Positions 48,334-58,968 of a DNA stretch of 64,000 nt are shown in pieces; the stretch's first letter is position 1, and each line of letters opens with the position of its first letter. The notes beneath the pieces are model-generated. The model made no database searches and had not been told where the DNA came from. It worked only from the letters and a program-made list of their open reading frames with translations. The stretch is from Cyanophora paradoxa CCMP329 (taxonomy: Eukaryota > Plantae > Glaucophyta), in contig QPMI01000225.1 in the NCBI GenBank assembly GCA_004431415.1, forward strand, positions 72,151 to 136,150, in the 5' to 3' direction. The position numbers and the translations under genes were made by a program.

Positions 48334-49578
48334 GAAGCTCGGTGCGCCGCCGAGCCGAGCCCTGCGCGCGATCGCGATCCCCGGCCGCTGATTTCCTTCG
48401 CAGGCCGCCGCCGACCTCCTCTCGGGCGCCGCCGGCTGGGCGACGGGTCAGGGGGCCCTTGCGATGGGCTTCCGGGCGGGGGGGATCTCCCCCCAGAGCG
48501 CCCTTGCCGCCGTCGGGAGCTCGCCCCAGTTCGGCGGCTCGTTCCTCACGGGCAACGCCCAGAGGTGCCGCCGGCCCCGCCCCCCCTTGCTTGCCTTCAA
48601 GCTTCCTCCCCTCGCTGACCTTTCTGGCGACAGGCAGCAGATGGTTGGCGTCATGGTGCCCCAGGTGACCCAGGTGCAGGCCCAGGCGATGCAGCAGCAG
48701 CAGCAGCAGGCCCAGGTGCGCCCAGCGCGCACCCCGAGTGTTCGCCGAGCTCGCGAGGGCGAGGCGGCTGAGCGGGCGGCGGGCGCAGATGCAGCAGGCG
48801 GTGATGATGCAGGCCTACATCCAGCAGCAGCAGGCCCAGGTCCAGCAGGCCCAGGTCCCGCCCCCCACCCCCTCCTCGCCCCGGCCCCCGTTCTGACTGC
48901 ACCGCACGCGCAGGCGGCGGCGATGGCGCGGCAGCAGCAGCAGGCGCAGCAGCAGGCGCAGGTCGGGCGCGTCGGGCTCTCCGCCTCGGGCCTCGGCTCC
49001 GGCCCCTTCGGCGTCTTTGGGGACCCCTCGGCCGCCCTTGGCGCCCGCCAGCAGCTTGTCACCCTCGCCGGTACCCCACTTTGATGGTTTCCCCCCCTGT
49101 CCTCACTGAGTTTGCGTGCGTCTGCAGGCGGCCCGATGCAGCAGCAGCAGCAGCAGCAGCAACTGCAGCAGCAGCAGCAAGGCCGTACTGCGCCGCCCTC
49201 TGGGCTAGCTCCCGGCCGGGGATCGCGCGCCGTTGGCGGCCCCAGCGCAGGCTCCCCGGGCAGTCCCCCGAGCGCCCCGTTCGCCTCGGCGCCGGGCCAG
49301 CGCACGAGCGGCGGCGGGCTCTCCAGCCGGGGCGCCGCCCAGCGCCCCACGCAGCAGAACTACGTGCCCCGCCCGCGCCGCGACTCGTCCCACGAACCCC
49401 CCGCCGGGCCTCGCCGGCCGCCGCCGCCGCCGTCGGCGCAGCCTCCGCCTCGCTGGCGGCGGCCGCGGCCGCGGCGCCGGCCCCGTCCCTCCCGGCCGCA
49501 AGCGCCTCCGCCGGCTCAGACGCGGCCTCTGCGGCCCCGGCCGCCGCGTCGCCGCCCCCCGCCCCCGCCTCGGAGTGA
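41720..49578 (+). CDS. PRRC2/BAT2 (plant MOS1)-like large low-complexity protein
   Basis: BAT2 N-terminal signature KYTSINLNATYK...[31 protein letters not shown], followed by RE-rich coiled coil, RGRG repeats and poly-Q. Some frame jumps occur in homopolymer runs. Both ends are approximate. Confidence 0.8.
43649..43681. repeat. (CT)n microsatellite in an intron
   Basis: Direct inspection. Confidence 0.9.
48218..48332 (+). repeat. CAG/CAA poly-Gln tracts (others near 47090-47125, 47730-47770 and 49138-49180)
   Basis: Direct inspection. Confidence 0.9.
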
Positions 49579-50521
49579 GCACGGCCCTTCTTCGGCCGCC
49601 CCGCCCTCTCCTCCTTTTTTTCAAACCAGCGCCTGCGGCGAGCAGTCCCGTGAATAGACGGGCGCTCAGCAGAGTGCGATGCCGTCCGCAGGGAAGCGAT
49701 TGCAAACACAGGCTCAGGGATAGGTAGATGTAGGGACAGAGCGACGCTGCGCTTTGCGTGTGTGTGTGTTCTACAGGACCAGCTCATTTTTCAGTCCGCT
49801 CGGGGCCCGTCCGGGGCGAGGCGGGAGGGAGCTCGAGCGGGGTGTGCGGAGCTCGATCGCGAGCGGCTGGGGCGGCGATGGAGGGGCAGGTGCGCATGCG
49901 GGGATATCGATGGAGGGAAGGGGCGGGGAGGGGGGGAGGGAGGGCCGGGGTAGAGGACGTTGAGTCGAAGGGGCGCATGCAACGCATACGTACGCGGGGC
50001 CGCAAGCGGGTCTACTTTACGTGCATTTCGTGTGGCAAGCGGGCGAGGGCTCTCGTGGGCGAGGAGGACGCCGCGCCCTGCGGCGGCTGCGGTTCGCCGA
50101 CGCGCACGACGCGCGCCCCCTGGAGGCGGCGAGCTCCTGAGCCTCGAGCCTGTTCTCACTTGTTTCGCAGGAGCGGAGCACCCGTACAGCGGTGCAGAGG
50201 CCGGGGGCGCGGCCGCGGGAACGCTGGTCGTGCTGGCGCAGGTGCGCCCGCGGCGAGCCTGGTTCTATCCTTGAACTGATCAAGGTGCCGAGCAGTGGGG
50301 CGAGCCAGAAACGCCAGCTGAGCCGGCGGGCGCCGGCGCTGCAGCTGCGGCCGCGGCCGATGATCATGATCATGATCATGAGCTCGAGGAGGACGTGAGC
50401 GCGGCGGGGAGCGAGGGGGAGGAGGATGGAGGGACGTCCTCGGGCAGCGAGGACCTTCTCACGAGCGTCCTCGGCATCTGCTGGCGCGCGCACGCGCGTG
50501 CGGCGCCCCGGGCCGGGCCGA

Positions 50522-51947
50522 ATGGCTGACCTGCAGCTGCGGCGCAGCCCGTCGACATGGGACGGGGGATGGGCCTACAAGAAGGGCGAGCGCAAGATGG
50601 AGTGCACCGAGCTGTATGGTGTTCTCACCGGTGCGCCCGCCCCGGCCCGCGCGCAAGCGCTTCGAGGATCCCGGATATTGATATCGCAGTATCGATCGAA
50701 TGCGAGGGGACGGGGGAGGGGGCGGGCGCTGACGGCTCGCCGGGGCGGGGCAGACGTGAGCAAGGTGCTGCACTTCTGCAGGGAGCTCGACGTGGACGAG
50801 GACGCGCACACGGTGCGCCCGGCCCCGCTGCAGCTGCTCTCCACCTGCTCGTGGCCCTCATCGATCTCGCGGCGACCTCGGGGGGCCCGCCGCCCGCCGC
50901 CCGCCGCCAGATCTACAGCGCGAAGATCTCGAGGAAGGACGCCCTCTGGCGCATCGAGCGCTTCTTCGCCACCCGCACCGGTGCTCCAGCGCGCCCCACT
51001 CAACTCGCCCCACTCGGAACCGAGCGAGCTCGAGCGGGGGGCCCGGGGCGGGGCAGGGGCGCTGGTGCTGCACTACTCGGGCCACGGGGAGGACGACTCG
51101 GGGGACTGGATCCTCGGCCTCTCCGCCCGCGAGGAGTACCTCTCCTTCAAGGCGCCCCCGCCCCGCCCCCACTCCAGAGCTCCGGACCCACGCTCAGTGC
51201 GGGGGGCAGGACGTGGTGGGCCGCTGGGAGGCCTCCCACGCGCGCCAGCGCGGCTCCGAGCTCCTCCTCCTCCTCGACGCCTGCCACTCAGGGGCCTGGG
51301 TCCACGAGCTCAAGGCCCGCCCCACGCGCACCCGCGCCCTCCGGCTGCGGGCGCCGCGCTGAGCCCCGCCGCGCAGAAGCACGTGGAGAAGAAGGGGGAC
51401 GTGGCCGTCGCGGTGCAGGCCTCCTGCCAGCGCGAGCAGCGCAGCAGCGACGAGGCCCGCCCCGCGCCCCCTCCCCGCCACAGCGATAACTGCAGCCGAT
51501 TCTGGAATATGAATCGTGGGATTCTGGGGGAAATATAAAGCAAATGCGCGCCGCGCAGGGCGCTTGGACGAAGGAGTTCATTCGGTACCAGAAGAGCGGC
51601 CGCATCTCCGACGGCTTTCTGAGGTCCGCGTATACGCACCCCCTCCCTTCCCCCAGAGCGCGTACCCCTCACCGCCCGCAGCGCCATCCTCAAAAAGAGC
51701 GGGCAACTCCCCATGGGTCCGCCTCCGTCCCCCCCCTCCCCCCCCCCCCCCCTCTCCCCCGGCCGGCGCGCCTCTCCTCAACACGTACCCCCCAGCGTTC
51801 GCGAGCTGGGGCAAGGAGAACTCGATGACGTACGACTTCGGTCCGCCCGAATCCATATTTAAGCTTAAGCGCTATGGGATTGTACCCCGGTTCGACCTCG
51901 AGCCCGGCTTCGAATTCGGTTCGGCGCAGGGGAGTTCACGCTGCTGA
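50522..51947 (+). CDS. Caspase-like (peptidase C14, metacaspase/orthocaspase-type) protein
   Basis: Spliced product contains LVLHYSGHG and LLLLDACHSGAW, so the His-Cys dyad is intact. Start inferred. Confidence 0.8.
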
Positions 51948-52266
51948 ACCAGAGCTACTTCCTGCGGGAGGCGCGGCGCAGGGAGGCGAGGAAGGGGTTC
52001 AAGCGCGCCGGCGCCGCCCAGTCCGTCAAAGTCAAGGGCCTCCAAACAGCCTAGGCCCCGCTACAACGCGCCGGCGTTCGCCGTCTAATTCGAGATCTAA
52101 TTTATCGGTTGGGTTTGAAGGGGTACCAGTATTCGATGTAGAGAGATGTTTTCAAATTCGGAGAGCTTGAAACCTGGGGAAGCTAGTCTAGATCTCAGAG
52201 TCTACCGCTGTTAATTACGTGTACGAGCTGGCAGCCGGGGCGGGGGCGGGCCGGGGCGCGGGGCGG

Positions 52267-55200
52267 CTAGGGGTGGGAGTACCAGGGGGCGTCGACGGAG
52301 AGGCCGATGTGGTCGGGGACGTGGGCGGCGAGCAGGTCGAAGGCGAGGCGCCCGAAGCAGGACGCGAAGGACCCCGCGAACGCCCCGCACCTGCGCCCCG
52401 CCCCGCCCCGCACTCAGCCCCCCCCCCCTCCCCTCTCCCACCACTCGACTACAGCCAGCTGCAGACGGCGCTGCTCGCTCGCTCTAGCTGGAGTGCGCCC
52501 TGGTCTACATCTAGAGCTCCTGGCAGTGGCGCACGAGCGGGCGGTCCAGAGGCTCGCGAGCGTCTCGAGCGTCTCCGCGTCGCCGCGCGAGTGCTCCGGC
52601 ATCCCTGCGCCTCGCGTCTGAGGCCTGGGCGGGGGCAGGGAGGGGGCGGGGTTGCGCGGGCCCTTGCGCTGGGAGCGTGGCCGGTCGTAGAGGAGGCGGA
52701 GGCCGCCCCAGGTCCCGTTCCCGTCCAGCAGCGGCCCGATCTGGCGCCAGCGGCTCGGCGAGGCCCCCGCCCGAGGCGCTTGCTCGCCCCCCTAGAGGCG
52801 GCGGGGGCGGGGCGGGGCACCTCGGGCCACAGGTCGCTGTCGGCCGAGACGAAGACGGAGGCCGCCTGCGGGGAGGCGGGTGAGGGGGTGACGGCGCGCG
52901 GCCGGCGGGGAGGCAAGGGGCGGGGGCCGACCCCGACGGCCTCGGCGGCGTCGCGGACGGCCGAGGCGAGCACCGGCATCGGCGCCCTGCGCCACGCGAG
53001 GGAGGAGGAGGAGGATGGTGAGGGCAGGGAGGGAATGGGGAGGGCGCGGGGCCGCACCCGAAGGACCAGCGGGTGACGTGGGGCGCCCACTCGGCGCCCA
53101 CCGCGCCCCGCAGCGCCGCCGCCTCGCTCGCCACCCGCTGCAGGGCGGCCAGCGCGCCGCGTCAGAGCCTTCGGAGAGAGGGCGGCGCATCATCTTGGAT
53201 TGTCCAGGATGTGTGCGCCCTCTGGGGAGGAGGCTGAAGGGGGAAACGGCACCTTGTCCGGGGAGCGGCGCGCATGCAGGGTCACGCAAGGCTCGCCGGG
53301 GCGCATGCCGAGGCGGCGCTGCGGGGCGGGGGTGGGCGGGGTGAGCGCCGCTCAGGCCTCGCCCCCGCCTCGCCGGCCTCGGTCGGACCTGGAGGGCCTC
53401 GGCGGCGCTGAGGACGCGGGGCCGCGGCCGCAGCAGGAACTTGAGCAGCTGGCCCTTGTACCACCGCAGGCCCAGCGCCCGGTACGCCTCCGGCACAGCG
53501 TTCCGGTACGCGTGCGAGGCCGTCCCCTCCCCGCCCCCCAGCGCGTCCATGTGCGACCCCCAGTGCTGCGCGCCTCAGATCAGACCTGATCTGACCCAAC
53601 CCGGGCGGATCTAGCGAGGGGGGTACGGCCACCTGGGCGACGCGGCCCTCGCCGGGTCGGCAGGAGGAGACGGGCTCGAAGAAGCACTCGAAGCCCGTCG
53701 AGCCGCACTCGTCGTTCTCCGGCCAGTACAGCCACGGCCGCGTGCTCGCAACCTGAGGTGGGTACGGTCACTTTAGGGGGAGGGCAGAGGGAGGGGTACG
53801 GTGGGTGCACCAGCGTCCAGTTGCGCTCATGCGCGACGCGCAGCGCCACGCCGAACCAGTAGCTGCTGGCGCCTGGGGACGGTTCGGGCTCTTGAAGAGT
53901 CGGGACGGCAGAGGAGGGGTGGGGGTTACCGAGGCCATAGAACTCGCTAAACTCGTACAAAAGAATGGTGCGCTCCGCGCAAGCTTCCCGCGGGGGAAAC
54001 TGCAGCGCCTGGGGGTACAGCGTCAGCAGGCCCGGGGGAGAGGGGTACGGGGCCGTGCCTGGAGCTCGGCGCGCAGTTGAGCCGCGGCAGCCTCCGTCTC
54101 CGCCGGCTCGGGGAGGGATACCGCGACGAAGAGCTCGGCGGCCTGGGGGAGGGGGAGGGGGGGTATGAAGGAAAATGGAAAAGGGGTCAAAAGGGGGGGC
54201 AGCGAAGGGGTACCTCGTCGTAGAGATCGCTGTCCGCGGAGGAGGCCCCCGAGAGGATCGCGCGCCTGGGGGTACGCGCTCAGATCCGAGCGAGGTGGTA
54301 CCGGAGCGGAGCGGGCTCCCTCGCGCCTTCGGATGCCGGGCACGCCGTCCGATGCGTTGTGGCGCAGCGCGGCGACGGGGCTCGGGGGGTAGGGGTACAG
54401 GGGCCGTGTGCCGAGGACCTCGGCGACGTCGCCGGCGTACGAGAAGGCGAAGGCGCCGGTGGAGCCCGAGTCGGCGGGGGGCACGCGCTCGAAGGAGACG
54501 ACGACGTCGATGAAGAAGGCGGGGGTACCCGGGCGGTGCGGGGGCGCCCAGCAGCCGATCTCCACGTCGGGTACGGTGACCGCGGCGTCGAGGCACCTGA
54601 GAGGGAGGGGTGGGTGGGGGCGGGGTGAGGGCCGGGGGAGGGGGCGCGGGGGGCGTGGGCGGGGCGGGGCACCAGTCGTCGCCGAGGCGGACGCGGAGGC
54701 GGTCGCCGAGGGGCCCGATGGAGCCGAAGCCCGTGCCCACGACGGCGACCGCCCCGCCCCGCCCCGCCTCCGGCCGGCCCCGCACCGCCTCCACCCGCGG
54801 CCCCTCCGGCTCCACCGCCGCCCGCACCCGCAGCGCCCCCGCCCCGCCCCCGCCCCCCTCCGAGAGGAGCACCAGCGTCACGGGGCCGGCGTAGGCGAGG
54901 AGGGAGACGTTGAAGGAGGGGGGCGAGGGGACGGGGACGGGGAGGTCGAGGAGGGGCGTGTAGGGGAAGCCGTTGTGGACCTTGGCGGCGTCGTGGGAGC
55001 GGAGGAGGCGCAGGCGGGCGGGGCCGAGGTAGGGCGCCGCCCCGCCGGCGAGGGGCACCGGGAGGAGCTCGAGGGCGGCGCGCAGGGGGGCCACCCCGAG
55101 GGGCTCCACGAGGGCGTGCTGCCCCGAGAGGTACGTCAGCGTCCCCTCCGCCCCCGCCCCGTACATCCGCATCGCGTACAGCACCGCCGCCGAGGGCCCC

Positions 55201-55652
55201 GCGGCGGCCCCCGAGGCCCATGTGCGCGACACGAGCACGACGGCGCGCTCCGGCCCGGGGAAGACGGATCCCGCGGGCGCTTCCGGAGGCACCCCAGGCC
55301 CCGCCGCGCCGAACGGGTCGGCGTCGCCGGCCGCGGCAGAGTCGCGGAGGCGCAGATACTGGCTCCAGGGGAGCACGCGGACGGCGATTCCGCTCGCGGG
55401 CGGCACGGCATGGAAGCGGAAGCTGTAGAGGCACGGGCAGGCGCCGGCCGCTGAGCTCGCGAACGCGATGTGGCCGCCAGGCGGGAGGTCGAAGCCGCCG
55501 TCCGCGGGAGGCGCGACGCCCGGCCCAGGCAATACCTCGACCCTGGCGAGCGCTGGATCGCTGGGGCTCGCGGCCACCGCCAGTACGGCCAGCGCCAGGA
55601 TGGCGGCCAGCACCTCTGCACCCCCGAGTGGCAACGCGCGCGCCGCCCGCAT
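52267..55652 (-). CDS. Secreted or membrane protein with an IPT/TIG-like domain and a C-terminal GT23 (FUT8/NodZ-like) fucosyltransferase domain
   Basis: Signal peptide VLAAILALAVLAVAAS; TIG-like PRVEAVR...GGAVAVVGTGFG...VRLGDDWC; GT23-like WLY...GFECFFEPVSSC, LLKFLLRP, VFVSADS, FAGSFASCFGRLAFDL...SVDAPW. Confidence 0.7.
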
Positions 55653-55908
55653 AACTCCCGCGCGGCTAGCCGCGGATCGGCATTGGCTGCCCTCGCATGC
55701 TCGAGGTCCGAGTGGCTGCGAGCTCTCAATGCCAACAAAGCTGCCGCGCTGCAGCAGCTGGGGCTAGCTGGTTCGCGCACTGTGCTCGCGTATTGCGTAC
55801 CCGCCCGGACCGTGGGCGGCGGGCCGCGGTGGGCGACAACGGGCGACCGTGCGACGGCGAGACACGGCTCGAGCGGCGCGACGTCGCGATGTACCGACGC
55901 GACAGCGC

Positions 55909-55985
55909 GACCACCGACAGCGCCACGGCCCCACCGTCGGCGCCGGACCTCCGATGGTGACCACCGACAGCGCCACGGCCCCACC
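55909..55985. repeat. 27-bp direct repeat, 50-bp period
   Basis: GACCACCGACAGCGCCACGGCCCCACC at 55909-55935 and 55959-55985. Confidence 0.85.
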
Positions 55986-56199
55986 AATTTGAATGACACA
56001 GCGACCGATGGTTTCGAATACAGCATCTACATTGAAAAGCCGCACGGGTCAGCCTGTCAGTCCCCGACGGTAATAATTCTGCCTCATCGGTCGCCGGGGG
56101 ACCAGTCAGCAGTTGATACGTATACGTATACCGCAGCCCGGCGATTGGAATCTACCACAGCCCCGCGTGTTGGACCTAATGGTCAGCCGCTCAGCAAAA

Positions 56200-57770
56200 T
56201 GCTATAGCTACATCTGCACTGATTCTGCAGCAACAAGCTGACGGCACTGCCGCCTGCGCTCGGCCAGCTCGCGGGCGTACAATAGCTGGCGAGAACCAGC
56301 TCGCTGCGCGTGCCTGCCGCCGGAGATCGCGCATCTCGCGGGCCTTCAAGAGCTGCGCGCGTGAAGCAACCGGCTCACGTGCACGGTGCTGCCGGCGGGA
56401 ATCGGCAGGCTGGCGGGCCTGAGGCCGTTGGACGCCAGCTGGCGGCGCTGCTGCGTGAGATCGGGTTCCTCGACAGACTTCAGCGGCTTGACTTGAGCGC
56501 CAACGGGCTGACGGCGCTCCCGCTGGAGTCGGAGGCCTGGCGGCGCTGCAGCAGCTAAGCAAGTTTGGGCGGCCATGCCTCCGTGTGCTCGCGAGTCCGG
56601 CGCCTCTGCGGTCGACCACCTCCGCTCCATCCCGCCGGTGCCGCCTCCTCTCGATTGCTCCTCGCCTTGCTCGTGTGATCGCTCCGCTTCGCTGACGGGC
56701 CGCCAGGCCTCGGTGCGCCTCCTGCGGACGTGCAACCGAGCCCTGCAGCGGCGGGGCAGCCAGCGGGCGGCCCTCCGCGGACAGCCCATCCCCGCGGCGT
56801 CGCCTCGTTCACCCACTCCTTCTTCACGCGTGCCGCGGTGGGCCCTCTCGCTCCCTTCCTTTGCCCCCGGCTCGTTTCGTTCCGCTCAAGGGAATGCACC
56901 GTGCAGCCGTCGTCCGCTGCTCCTCGTATCGGGTATATCATCTTCCTGCTTTTCCCTCATCTACCTCCCATCCGACGAGGGCGATACAGCAGGAGGGCGC
57001 GAGGAGCGGACGGCGGCGCTGGAGGCGGAAAACACGGAGCTGCGTAGGCGCCTCGTGGAGGTGCATTCGGCCTCGGCCGCGCAACCCAATGTACAGGACG
57101 GGGCGCTCGCCCCCCTGGAGATCAAGGACGCGGAGCTCCGAGGGGCAGTGGAGGAGAGGCTCCGAGGCGGCAGGGGCGGGTGGGGGCGCTGGAGGCGGGA
57201 GCGGGGGAGCTGTGCGGAGGCCTCGCGGCGGCCGCCGGGCAGCAGCAGGTCGAGGCCACCGAGCTCCGGTCGGCCCTCGAGGCGCTCGAGGCCGCCTCGC
57301 GCGCCGCGAGCGCTGCCGGGGGCGCTGCGCCGAGGCCGAGCTCGAGGCGGCGGCCCAGCGGCTGGCGGCGGTGGCCGAGCGGGTGGACGAGCTGCCGGTC
57401 GAGGCGCGGGCGGCCGCCCTTGCCAAGTTGCCAGGGAGAGACAAGCGCACAGAGAGGGTCCATGCATCGTCGCTCGAATGCAACGTGTGCCGCCCCGCCC
57501 CGGTCCACCGCGGGCCGCGTGCCCGAGATCGAGCTCGATCTATCTAGCTTTAGTCCTAAGAGGCAAACGTAGGTCCCTTGCCTGTCACCGACCGTGCACT
57601 GCTCACACAGGTTCCACGGTCTGTTGTGAAGAGACGTCGACGGACGGCGGGAGCCCGGCGGCTGTGGCCGGGGGAGCGGTGTGTCTTCTACCCGTGTGGC
57701 ACGTCCACTGCACGGCGTGCGCCGGGAGGCTCGCCCTTAGTTGTTGCAATCGATATCGGGGCAGCTAATG
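56200..57770 (+). pseudogene. LRR - coiled-coil - RING pseudogene
   Basis: LRR pieces SNKLTALPPALGQL and LQRLDLSANGLTALP with in-frame stops and frameshifts; a coiled coil; a broken RING (ECNVC...FYPC-G-HVHCTACA). Confidence 0.7.
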
Positions 57771-57837
57771 ATCATGCAGCAGCTTTGCGCCCTGATCGGG
57801 ATTGAGCCGGGAAGTGAAGTGAATCGCGTCTTATCAT

Positions 57838-57910
57838 GCCCGTCTAGCTCAGTCGGTAGAGCGCTGGACTCTTAATCCAGTGGTCGTGGGTTCGAGCCCC
57901 ACGGTGGGCG
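57838..57910 (+). tRNA. trnK: tRNA-Lys(CTT)
   Basis: 73-nt cloverleaf GCCCGTC...GGTGGGCG, anticodon arm CTGGA-CTCTTAA-TCCAG, followed by a T5 terminator. Confidence 0.97.
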
Positions 57911-58088
57911 GCTTTTTCTCCGGGACCCTGCTTTTCGCGATCTGCATGCGCATGCACAGCTGCCGGACTAGACGCAGATCTAGATCGGACCAGAATTCGG
58001 AACACTGTACATGTGATCGATCATGATCATGAACAGGAGACCGAAGTTGCCCCGCGCGAATTCGAAGCGGGGCGCAAGACGGGAAAAG

Positions 58089-58161
58089 TGGAGTCGGGGG
58101 GTATCGATCCCCCTACCTCGTGCATGCTAAGCACACGCTCTACCATGTGAGCTACGACCCC
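58089..58161 (-). tRNA. trnA: tRNA-Ala(AGC), copy 1
   Basis: GGGGTCG...CGACTCCA with the G3:U70 pair, anticodon loop TTAGCAT, and TTTT downstream. Confidence 0.96.
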
Positions 58162-58520
58162 GATGTCAGATGAGTCGGAGTGCATTGGCGGGTGCCGTCG
58201 ACGTCGCAATCGACGTCCGACGGTCGACGTACGTATACCGGTACCGTAGTGCCGTACGCGTAGTACGCGTCGACGACTCGACGCTAGCGCTCGCTATATA
58301 TAGTGCTGCGCATGCGCAGGCAGTGCTCGACTCAGCGATCATATGCATCCGATCGCGCGAGCCGCCGTGAGGTCATGATCGCCGAGTCGGACAGCCTGGC
58401 AGCGCTAGCGCTAGCGCTGATATCAATATATCGATCATAAAGCGGTGCGCGCGCGACCTGTGGCTGAGCGAGAGCAATTGACCCCGCGCGGATTCGAAGC
58501 GGGGCGCAAGACGGGAAAAG

Positions 58521-58593
58521 TGGAGTCGGGGGGTATCGATCCCCCTACCTCGTGCATGCTAAGCACACGCTCTACCATGTGAGCTACGACCCC
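58521..58593 (-). tRNA. trnA: tRNA-Ala(AGC), copy 2
   Basis: Identical to copy 1 and shares about 40 nt of 3' flank. Confidence 0.96.
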
Positions 58594-58968
58594 GTTGAAA
58601 GATGAGCCGGACCGCATTGCCCGCCGCCCTCGCCTTTCTTGGACCTTCGAATTAAGAAGTGTGTCCGGCGCGGCGGTCGTACGAGAGAAGCTTGAAGTGA
58701 GAAGCTTAAGGGCACGTTCACGGACCACGGCTTATAGGAACAGGAACCTGGAACCCACCTGCTGGGGTACGCCTGCGTGCATTCGTACCGCCCCCGCTTT
58801 TGCGGCAGCGCGATTGTATACGTAGCTGGTGCTGGCACGAAATCGTCGCGGCTAGGACTCGGGCGCGCCGGGCTTCCGATTCAAAGCACCCGGCTCGCCT
58901 TCCGTGCATTTCGGAGGCGAAGGCCCGGCTCCGCCTTCCGTGCAAAGCACCCGGCTCCGCCTTCCGGC

